In this document: positions 13,301 through 22,983 of the stretch, one piece after another | Numbering within the stretch: position 1 is the stretch's first letter | Layout of the letters: each line of letters starts with the position of its first letter | Source of the DNA: Guillardia theta CCMP2712 | Taxonomy: Eukaryota; Protista; Cryptophyta | DNA: 64,000 nt | Direction of reading: 5' to 3' | NCBI RefSeq assembly: GCF_000315625.1 | Contig: NW_005434557.1 | Span: 134,386 to 198,385, forward strand | Notes under the pieces: model-generated | The model's database searches: none | What the model saw: the letters and a program-made list of their open reading frames with translations, nothing else | Told to the model about the DNA's origin: nothing | Position numbers and translations under genes: made by a program

Positions 13301-14471
13301 GCACCGTCCGCAACCGAGGCACCGAGTACAACAAGAGCCCCGAGATGCTGACGGTCGCCAACGCCTCGAGGAAAGAGAAGGCGAGCTATGACCGCAGGAA
13401 GAAAGGAGGAGCAGGAAAGCCCTCCGACGTCTGGGGCCTCGCGTGTCTGCTGTACGAGCTCTTGACTGGAGAGTTTCTCTTCTACGACGAGGATTGGATC
13501 CGTTTCTTCATACGGGTGACGGGGAGCAGCACTGAGGACCTGCTCCCCTCGGACAGGCTCGCTCCTCTCCAGCAGCTGCCTCAGGGCCACCTCCTCGTTG
13601 ACTTCTTCAAGGCGATCCTGATCCGCGACCCCAACCTCCGCCCGTCCGTCCTGGAGGTTCAGCAGCGATGGGAATCCGTCTGTGCGAGCATGTCAGTGAG
13701 GCTGTCGGTGGAGGACCTCAGCCCGTCTAGTTCGCACGTGCTGGACTTGACGGCCAGCAGCGTCGGGCAGAACCTCGTCAACGCCAACGGCTTCCTCTAC
13801 CGCGAGCGACCGCTGGCCTCTGAGGCAGACCTGCGGCTGCGCGGGAAGTCAGCGGTCAAGGTCGCGCACTGCCTGCTGGTAGGGCGAGGCCGGAGGAGGT
13901 GGAGATGGTGGACGGGAAACGCGTCAGCTCCTTTCGCGACCTCGGCGTCGGGTACCTCCTCGACTGCACCGGCAGCGGCGCGAGCGAGCATGGGCTGCCG
14001 GGAGTGAGCTGCTACCACTCGGCGCTGCCGTCGCTCTTGTCGGGGAGGGAGACCAGCGGGGGGCAGGGGAAGGAGGTGGAGGTGATGCCTGGCATCTCAG
14101 GCGACTTGCCCATCGCATACCTGGCGAGCGACCTCAAGATGGTCGAGATGGCGCGGCGGGAGGGGCTCGCGGTCCTCATCTTCGACGAGGCCGGTGGCGG
14201 AGTCTGCGCCGCCTGCGTCGCCATTGCGTGGCTGATGCAGGCGGAGAGGCTGCCGCTGATGCAGGCGTACCTGCACGTGAAGGAGAGGATCCCCTTCCTC
14301 GACCTCCCCGTCCCCTTCATACACTTGCTGGGCTCTTGGAGGCTCGTCATCATCGACAGGCAGCGGCACGAGGATCAGGAGGCTCCTCGCTTCGAGAACC
14401 TGACTGGCTCGCTTCACACCCCCCGCCAGCTCTCCTCCAGCAGACTGTACTCGCGACCTGGTAGCGCGTAG
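7354..14471 (+). CDS. Giant Ser/Thr protein kinase with PA domain and C-terminal dual-specificity-phosphatase-like domain
   Basis: Exon 7354-8588, introns 8589-8637 and 8673-8723 join the 8740-14007 ORF. PA domain (GAIVVVERGGVSFVEKARRVTAAGGIGMIVIN...IPVVCV). Kinase motifs GAFGTV, VAVK, HYDLKCDN, DFG, SPE, DVWGL. DSP-like domain in ORF 13899-14471 after a 1-nt frameshift near 13882. Confidence 0.85.
11026..12108 (+). repeat. About 180-bp direct repeats (11026-11203 and 11932-12108) flanking a purine-rich PA-domain cassette
   Basis: Near-identical gggctgaagctaccagccggggcggtgaag...gagcacgatcaagctgcgg in both copies. Confidence 0.92.
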
Positions 14472-14750
14472 GAGGGGACGCTAACAAGTTAAACTCATTG
14501 AAGTGACTCGGTCTCGATCATTCGTCTCTTAGCCTTCGCCTCCTCCCTGAGTCGACTTGCTCCGCCTCCCCGACACTCGCCCCGGGTACACGGTCCTCCG
14601 TCTCCTGCTGTCTAGGATTCTTTGCTAGTGAGGTTGATGCTGACTTTGTTCTCTTGTTAAGTCTTTCTCTGGGGCGGACTTATGGACCTCTTTTTCCAGT
14701 TGAGTAAACTTTACTCCTTGACTTCTTGGGCTCACCGATACCAGGCCGCA

Positions 14751-16699
14751 ATGGCGACGGTGGAGGCGCTCCTGGCTCGCGCGATGGCGCGGCGGAGGGA
14801 GAGGGGTACGGAGAAGACGGAGAGAAGGCCTAGGCTAGAGGACGTTGTTGCTGCCTGCAGGAACGAGAAGTATCAGACGTTCTGGTCCGACTGGCTTGCT
14901 CAAGCTCTCGCTGTTCCTCTGGAGTCGATAACCCCTGCATCCTCGGCTTCCCTGTCTTTTTCTTCCCTCTCTCCTCCTCCTCCTCCTCCTCCTCCTCTCG
15001 TTCATCAACTACCCGCTAACCCTCCGCACTCTCCTCCTTACCTGGAGGCCGCTGATCGCATTTGGCAAAGGACGGAAGAGCGGAGAGAGCGGGGAGAGCA
15101 GGCAGATCGCATTCTACTGTCCGCTGCTACGGTTGTGATAGCGAAAGCGAGGCTGATGGGAAGGCCGCAAGAGCAGGTGAAGACGCTGCGAACCCCGTCC
15201 TTCGACTTCGTTCCCCTCAAGCACGGTGTACCCCCTCCTCCCTTCCCTCTCTTACCTCACACCGCCATGGCCAGGCACCGGCATTCGGGCCGACGCCTCC
15301 TTCAGAGCAGGAGAGATCATCGAGAGGGTGAGGAGAGAGATGGCAGGCGAGGAGCTGCAGCTGCTCCATCAAGGAGTTGAGGACGAGTGGGCGTTCCAGC
15401 TGGGAAGGTCGCTGGGGGATCGCGGGTCACGGGTGAGGGCGCTGGACTTGAGCAGCAACCGCATCGGGCAAGTAGGATGTGAGGTTACGTGACTCGTCCT
15501 GCTCGCTGGTGACGAAGTGACAGGCGACGGGATCGCCGAAGGCTTGTCGAGGAACAGCAGCCTGCAGGAGCTGAACCTGTCGCACAACCTCATCGACCTG
15601 GTGGCGTTGGAAGTTTTGAGTGAGAAAGCATGGAGGAGGAGGAGGAGGAGGAGGAGTGGCGCTGAAGGGAAGCAGGCGATGGACTTTTGTTGAACTCTTC
15701 CATCACTTCTCTAGGCTCCTGCGCTCCCTCCCTCCTCCTCCTCCTCATTCCCGTGCCGTGCAGATCTCAGCTACAACAAATTCTCCGCCTCCCACGACCG
15801 ACCGGCTAGCAGGTGAGCAAAGCCTGCAGAGGTCAAAGCTCAAGTGACTTGAAGACAGAAATAGACGCGACGAGGTTCTTTTCTCCTCCCCTCCTCCTCC
15901 TTCCCTCCTCCCTGCTCTTCTCCTATCCCTTGACCTTGGCAGCAGCCCTCGCACTTGTATCCTCTGCCGCATCAAGTAGCTCCCATGGGGTGACCTTCCT
16001 CCTCTCATTCTGAGTCAGGTCACGCACGTGGAGGAGGAGAAGAGCCACAGGCTGCGAAGCTTCAGGAAGTATCTGAGCTGGACGACGAGCCTGACGAGCC
16101 TGGTGGAGGAGGAAAGGGGAGGGGAGGAGTCACGCTGAGAGGAGGCGGCAGAGGCTTGCGGGATGTGAGCTGAGAGGAGACGCGTGGGTGAAGATCTGTA
16201 CGAGACGCGAGAGGGGAAGGAGGAGAAGCTCACTTACTGCAGACGAGGGGCTCAGCTTCTGCCGCTCCCTCACCTTCCTCGACATCGCCGGCAACAAACT
16301 CGGTGAGTGGGACTAGCGGAGCAAGCAGCTGACGTGAGAGACAGGCGAGGATGGCTGCGGAGTTTTGGGAGAGCTGCTGAATGTAATGGGAAAGAAGGGA
16401 GGGGATGGAGAGGGGAGCAATGATAAAGAGGAAGGAAGGACGGAAGGAAGAGGAGATGGGGAGGAGGAGATGGGAGGAGGAGATGGGAGGAGGAGATGGG
16501 AGGAGGAGATGGGGAGGAGGAGGTATGTAGGTGAACAGGAGGAGATAGTAACGGCCTGCAGCATTCTAGGTTAATTGTTTGCATCGCAAGTCACAACTCG
16601 TTTCAAGCCTCAGCCCTCCAGTGTCTGTCTGATCGCCTGGTGGGAAATTCAAACCTCATCGAATTGAGTCTCTCGAGCAACGGTATTTCTTTTGTTTGT

Positions 16700-16791
<92 letters not shown>

Positions 16792-18384
16792 TTTGTTTTC
16801 TCTAGATATCTTCAACGTCGGCATGACTCCACTTGTCAGCATCGCTGCTTCTCTCCACAACCTTCACGTCCTCGATTTGTCACACAACAGGATCGGAGCT
16901 TGTGGGCTTGAGGTCAGCAAAGTTCCCCCCCGCATATCGTCTGATTCCTTCCAGTCGCTCCTCTCCCAACCCCATCGCCTTCTTCTCACGTCGCTCAATC
17001 TCAGTCACAACCAGTAAGAGCTTCCCCCCCTTCCTCCTTCCCCTCTCCTCTCTCCCTGCGCGCCCCTCCTCTGTCATTTCCTTTCGTCCTCGTCCTCTCC
17101 TACTCTTTCACCTTCCTCCTCTCCTCTGTTGGATCGTCTCCTCCTCTCACCCTCCTCTAGCCTAGGCGATAAGGGCGCCATGTCTTTAGCCCGCTATCTG
17201 CGTCATCTGCCGTTTCTTTCCTCCTTGTCGCTGTCAGCATGCCAGGTAGACAAACCTCCTTCTCCTGTCTCTGACTTCCTCTTCCACTTCGTCCTCCATT
17301 CCTCCCTGATTTCTTCCCTCTTCTTCTTCTTTCTCCTGTTTGTCGTCCTTGTCCTCGTCCATATTGACCCCCCAGCAGATTCACGACGCAGGAGCAGGGC
17401 TGGTCGGCTCTGTCCTCTATACCAACTCCAGAATCTTTGAGCTCAGGCTGTCGCACAATCAGATCGCCGACGAGGGTCTGGAGCTCTTCGCCTCCTGGAT
17501 CCTCGTCCGCGGGCTGAGATCCAACATCGGAAGGATCAAACTGGACGCGAACCTCCTCGGTCCTGCTGCTCCCCTCGTCTTCCTCGTCCTCCTGTTCTCG
17601 CTGACAGACGAGGGCAGGTGACGGTAGCGTCCACTGGCTGAAGAAGGCTATGCAGACGAAGAGGAGTCTGACTGACATTTCCCTGCGAGGAAACAACGTG
17701 AGTGAGGGAGCAAGCAGACCAGCTGTCTTACCTTCCCCGCAGCTCTCCCGTCCTGCTCTCCGTGTGCTGTCAGAAGCGGTCGGCTGCCTGACTTCCCCCC
17801 GTCTTTCTCTTCCCCGTCTCAACCTCACGCAGGTCATGGCAAACGAGCACGTGGCTCGGTTGGACGTCCGCGACTGCTCGGAGGACGGAGGGTGAGAAGG
17901 CTGGGAGAAGTTGAGTTGACCAGCGAGTGAGAGATGGGCAGGGAGGAGCTGCGCGCCATCGTAACCTCGTCGTTCTCTCCTGCATGCTTGACGGCCTCGT
18001 GTCTCAGGAGGAAGTGTGCTCTCGGCGCAGACTTCGGGGGGAGGAGGAGCCTGTCGACCAAGGTGAGCACTCGACCTTCCTGACCGATGCTGACGTGGCC
18101 GCCTTCCAACGCAGAAGAGGAAGAGGACGAGGCTGTGAGGAGGCAAGCTGTCCCTGATGACGCTGACCGGGAAGGCAGGAGGAGGAGGAGGAGCAAGAGT
18201 GGAGGAAAGCTCAGCAGCAGCTTCGGGAGACTCTACTCAGGATGGGATTCCAGGTCAAATCCCCTCTGGTATCAGCCGACTCATTGTTTAGCAGGAGGCG
18301 GAGGTGCATGCTGTGCTTCAACATTGCTTCAACTTCGAGGATGCGATCCAGATGCTCAGCGGAAACCAACGCACCAGCATGTGA
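14751..18384 (+). CDS. RNI-like leucine-rich-repeat protein with C-terminal UBA domain (multi-exon)
   Basis: LRRs RVRALDLSSNRIG, SLQELNLSHNLI, LHVLDLSHNRIG and IFELRLSHNQIAD. Last exons read ETLLRMGFQ|EAEVHAVLQHCFNFEDAIQML (UBA MGF motif). Confidence 0.8.
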
Positions 18385-18514
18385 CAACATGTATGTAGAG
18401 GGGTGTCGGACAGCAATGAATCATGTTCAAAGAATAGCCTTCAATCAACACAAAAAGCATACAAAACTACTCAAACACGCGCGCCCATGCGCATCTCTAG
18501 CATCTTCTTGCTGT

Positions 18515-18907
18515 TTACTTCTTGCCCTTGCCAGTGTAAGGTCCATCGATGCCCTTGGCCTGGTAGGAGATGAACTCCTGGAGCTTCCTTGCGGCGTCTC
18601 CCTCAGACACGGCGATCTTGGCGGAGGCAACCTTAACGCACATCTCGTCGTCCTGGGAGTTGGCCTTGGCGCCAGTGTACTCCTTGTTGGCGTGAGCGGT
18701 GCATCCCCTGTGGTCGAAGATGGTGATGACGGGGGCGCGTCCGGACTTGTCCATGGCAGCCTGAGCAGGAACCTGCTGGAGGAAAGGAGCGACAGCGGCG
18801 GCGGCAGCTCCAGTCTGGACGACCTGACGGCGGGAGACGTCGAGGGACATGGAGGGGGAGAAGGCGGCGGCAGAGCCGATGAGAGCAGCGAAGGCAACAG
18901 AGCGCAT
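18515..18907 (-). CDS. cpeA: Cryptophyte phycoerythrin alpha subunit, long form, with signal, transit and twin-arginine lumenal peptide
   Basis: MRSVAFAALIGSAAA-F signal, SRRQVVQ...AQA Tat peptide, mature AMDKSGRAPVITIFDHRGC...DDEMCVKV with the bilin-binding FDHRGC motif. Confidence 0.97.
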   Translation of the reverse strand: MRSVAFAALIGSAAAFSPSMSLDVSRRQVVQTGAAAAAVAPFLQQVPAQAAMDKSGRAPVITIFDHRGCTAHANKEYTGAKANSQDDEMCVKVASAKIAVSEGDAARKLQEFISYQAKGIDGPYTGKGKK

Positions 18908-18939
18908 GGCGTATGCCTGGCGCTCGCTCCTGCTTGAGC

Positions 18940-18945
18940 TATATA
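18940..18945 (-). promoter_or_regulatory. TATA box of minus-strand cpeA
   Basis: GGGTATATAGCTCAA about 33 nt upstream of ATG, mirrored at the partner gene. Confidence 0.75.
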
Positions 18946-19939
18946 CCCGGAGACAGGGGAAGGAACTACCCCCACCCTCATTTCATTCCGACACTAGCAA
19001 GGGGGGGTAGAGGGCCCATAAAGGTCGTCGAGTACCCCGTACTTATCAGAGCGATCCAAGTTGGACCAGTCCTCTTTATAAAACAGTTTTACCATCAGGA
19101 GGTCGCAACGTCCCATTGACCCCCACAACCCCTGGTTGATCTAAGGAAAACTGGGGGTGGTTTGCTAGAATACGACGGTCAGAATAAACACGTCAGTTTC
19201 GAAATAGTAGATGTTCATCTTCAAATCACTGCGATCTCCGGGGAGATACCAAGAGTTTTTGTGAACCGAAAGCTTTTCGAAATATTTTCATAATACAAGT
19301 ATTTTAACGGCCTCAATTCTCCAGATTTTCTGTTTCTGTCGTGTCACAAAAGATGCGACCATAAATCCAACCTTGAACAGACCACCCTACCCCACCAATT
19401 ACCAGTGCAATTTCCGAAAACAGACTCGTACTTTGATGTTATCGTAGCTTTCCCCCATTGTGATGTCACTACGACTCCACCGCAGGAGGTTCAAAGTTTC
19501 AAAGTTTGATTCGGAAAGTTGTCAAAGTTTCCAGTGTTGGTCCGGGTACCCCCTACCCCGTTCTTCCCCCCCTTCCCTTAGCTCCTCAGGCTCGTCTTGC
19601 TGAAGTTGCCGACCATGTCGAAAGTTTGAGGGCAAAACTTTGTGGATTCGAGGCTGGTTAAAAGTCCATGTAAACATAAAAAAGTTTATAGTTTAAATGT
19701 TTGTATGGCTATATCCTTTTTTATTCTATAAAAGTTTTAAACTCAATTTGGAACCCACCTCCCCCTCCCCTACCCTACCCCTACTTTCGGAGGCATGGAT
19801 ATTGTACCCATCATTTTACCTTGAACTACCCACCTTCATGAGCTTCACCACCACCGTCGTTCAACATACACCCGATTTACGTCTACACCACCCTCGACCT
19901 TTGTTCCAGGGGTGGGGGTAATCCCCCCCCGTCTCAGGG

Positions 19940-19945
19940 TATATA
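19940..19945 (+). promoter_or_regulatory. TATA box of plus-strand cpeA
   Basis: GGGTATATAGCTCAA about 33 nt upstream of ATG 19978. Confidence 0.75.
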
Positions 19946-19977
19946 GCTCAAAGAGGAGCGTACGTCAGGTATACGCC

Positions 19978-20289
19978 ATGCGCTCTGTTGCCTTCGCTGC
20001 TCTCATCGGCTCTGCCGCTGCCTTCGCTCCTTCCACTCCCGCTCCCCGCCTTCGCTCCCCGGCCACCTCCCTCTCCATGGCCATGGACAAGTCCGGACGC
20101 GCTCCCGTTGTCACCATCTTCGACCACAGGGGATGCACCGCTCACGCCAACAAGGAGTACACCGGCGCCAAGGCCAACTCCCAGGACGACGAGATGCTCG
20201 TCAAGGCCCAGTCTGTCAAGATCGAGGTCTCTGCTGCCACCGCCGACTCCGTCCTCCAGCAGACCATCTCCACTCTCAAGAGGAGATAA
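19978..20289 (+). CDS. cpeA: Cryptophyte phycoerythrin alpha subunit, short form, no Tat peptide
   Basis: MRSVAFAALIGSAAA-FAP signal and transit peptide, mature AMDKSGRAPVVTIFDHRGC...DDEMLVKAQ. Confidence 0.97.
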   Translation: MRSVAFAALIGSAAAFAPSTPAPRLRSPATSLSMAMDKSGRAPVVTIFDHRGCTAHANKEYTGAKANSQDDEMLVKAQSVKIEVSAATADSVLQQTISTLKRR

Positions 20290-20497
20290 GCGGATCGCTC
20301 AAGAGATCAGCGGATCCTTATTAGTTCGCATGGCCCCATAGGCTCGTAGATTAGAGTATTATATGAGTGAAGCGTATTCTTTCGATGCCATTTCGTCTCT
20401 GGTCTTAATCTCTCGCTGCATCGAGATTCTTTTTGAGCCTTCATATTGTTCACTACATCGAGAAATCCTTGTTGAGCCTCTTCATCTTTTTCACTGT

Positions 20498-22656
20498 TTA
20501 CATTTCTACACGTTTTGATTCGGGGAGGCTGAGGGGACTTGTGCTTGCAGGCACGCAGAAGTTTGAAATCTGCTCCCTCCATGAGAGGATCTCCTTGGCA
20601 TCCTGCATGAAAGTCAGCCGGAGCTCCCTGCAAGCTTTTGAAGTTCCTGTAGGGACAACCCTGACAGACGAGCACACAAGTTCCTGCTCCCTTCCTCCTT
20701 CGGGGAGTCGTCCGACTCGTCCGCCTGAGGCACCGAAGAGAATATTCTGCACGCGAGGGTCTGGGAAGCATGGGAAGCCTCAGTGGGAAAGATTGGGGAG
20801 CAAGGGAGAAACCCGACCTGACGAGCAGAGACTCTTCTCTCTGGGTTGAATTGCAGGCAAGACGTGAGGAGCTGCATCCATGCCTCCACCTCGCACAGGA
20901 CGGCGCTTGCGTTCTTCCTTCCCCCGATCACGAGGAGGGAAGCTTGGATCGACTGCTCCAACTTGCGGGGGAATCTAATGGCATCGCGATCAACTACATC
21001 ATTGTTATCCCGATGCTCACATTGGCCAGAAGTTGAAGTGTCGATAGCAGGACATCGACTGCAGATACTCGTGCTCCTCAGGCGTTCCCAGGAGAGTGAA
21101 GATCTGCATCAGCTGCTGCTGCATAAGGTTCACATCGCCAGCATCGCAACGGCACCTGATCGCTGTTGAAGTTCCAGTGACGAGAGACGGTGCATGTGCA
21201 TCGCGCATCGTTGCGGCCTTGAAAAGCGGGTCTCTGCCATGAGCCATCAACACCAGAGGCAGCAGGGGAGGAGGTACCCCAAGCAGCATCTCAAGCACGA
21301 TGCAGCCCAAGCCCCACATGTCCACCGAGTTCCTGGGCAGAGTCATGAGAATCAAGGCTGTGAGGACAGGGCAAGTCAGTCGCACGAGTATTTAGTGCAG
21401 CCCATGATCAATTCTGCCATTCCTGTCAGACAGCGCCTAGCTCAAGCCGTGCAGGAGGATCGAGGCGTACCAGGAGGACGATACCAGAGGGTTACGAGCT
21501 CCTTCTTCACTTCCTTGTGTCCCTCCACGCGACTGAAGGGAGAGATGTGAGAGGCGACGTCTCAGTTGCAAGGTAAACATCTCATACCACGCAAGCCCGA
21601 AGTCGCAGATACCTGCAACGCTCATGTCAACAAGTCAACCAGCATCGCCTTGTGAAACTTACAAACAGATCCGTCGCATCGAATCAGGATGTTGGACGTT
21701 TTCATGTCCATGTGGACGATCTGCGATTTGTGTATATGATCGATGCTGCTCCGAAAGTGAGCACGCCCTCTTCCTTGAAAAGATCCAAGGTTCTCACCCA
21801 TGAAGGATCTGTGCGCTCCAACTTTGAATCAGGTCGAGGGTGAGAAACTTGGAGTGGCGGTGTATGTACTGATACAAGTCTATCTCTGCCATCTCCATGA
21901 CCACCATGTCCCCAACCTCGGAGGCAGCGACGATCTCTACGATGCTCGGATGCCGCCCGACGGTTTGGAAGGACTTGAGCTCATCCTGCAAACTTTGGAG
22001 CACGAGGGAGTAGCTGAACTCATCGTCCCCCTCCTGCTCGTCTGATTCCGTCCTGCGCCCATGTCAAACGTGATGGTACATCACCGCATGGGCATGCAGG
22101 CCATTGCGACCTGTCGAACGGAAGATCGTCGAAGTGATCTTCTGGTCGAACCATCTTTAGGGCCACCATCCCTCCCCCTGAATCCCATGCCCTGAACACT
22201 TGAGCGAAGCTTCCTTCTCCTATGATGTCGTCCAAGCTGCAACATTCATATCAGTCACTGCCTCTGCACTTCCAACCTCCTCCACCTGTAATCAACCTCC
22301 ACAGCCAGAGGCAGCCCCGCAAACCCGCTGGCCCCTTGCCCACTCATGCCTTGCGATGGAGTGCCGCGGGACGGATCTCTCTCCGCATCCGAGACTCTAG
22401 CAGGGGATTGTGTTCTTTCCCGAGTTCTTCCTCTCGTCTTTGCTCCTACTTCCTCCTCATCGCTGAAATCTTCTTCCTGCCCAGCAACACCATCTGGATA
22501 TGACCGCGGCCAAAGATTCAAGTTACACGGCCCCGATCGCGCTGCTCGGGTCATCTTGCGGTTCGGGGAGCAGGAGGAACCGCTCTGGCGAGGAGGCAGC
22601 GGGCAGGGGGAGAGGCTGGAGGGTCTCGCTGGCATCACACGCGGAGGAAGGGACAT
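20498..22656 (-). CDS. CMGC (CDK-like) Ser/Thr protein kinase (multi-exon)
   Basis: IGEGSFAQVF, VALK, IVHMDMKTSNILI, ICDFGLA, SWY..ELIMG, VDMWGLGCIVLEML, LQFNPERRVSA. 3' end approximate. Confidence 0.85.
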
Positions 22657-22983
22657 GGCGGTGTACCAACTTTCAACTCACTTGCGCTCTACTCCATCGT
22701 CAAGTCCGCCGCGGCGGCAAAAGATTCTTGCAACGGTTCATTGACAAACGTAACCGTATTATAACGATACGTTACATAAGATATTCGTTACAATAACGGT
22801 TACAGCCCTCAACTACGTCCTCCTCATAGCCCGGCCACAGCTGCCCCAGCCACCCCCGCGCTCCTCCCGCGCTCCTCCCGCGCTCCTCCCGCGCTCCTCC
22901 CGCTCCTCCCGTCCCTCTCTCCCGCCTTCTCTTCCCTCCTCGCTCCTGACTTGCCTCTTCTCCTGGCACGCCGCTCGGCTCCG

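Noticed and set aside
11193-13590. Antisense ORFs 11193-12101 and 12694-13590
   Set aside because: Mirror frames of the kinase gene with no independent motifs
18242-18981. Long alternative ORFs overlapping cpeA (18242-18937 +, 18445-18981 -)
   Set aside because: Shadow ORFs caused by strong GC3 bias of the real gene
19912-19977. N-terminal extension of plus-strand cpeA in the ORF track
   Set aside because: Starts at GTG upstream of the TATA box; the true ATG is 19978 by symmetry with the partner gene
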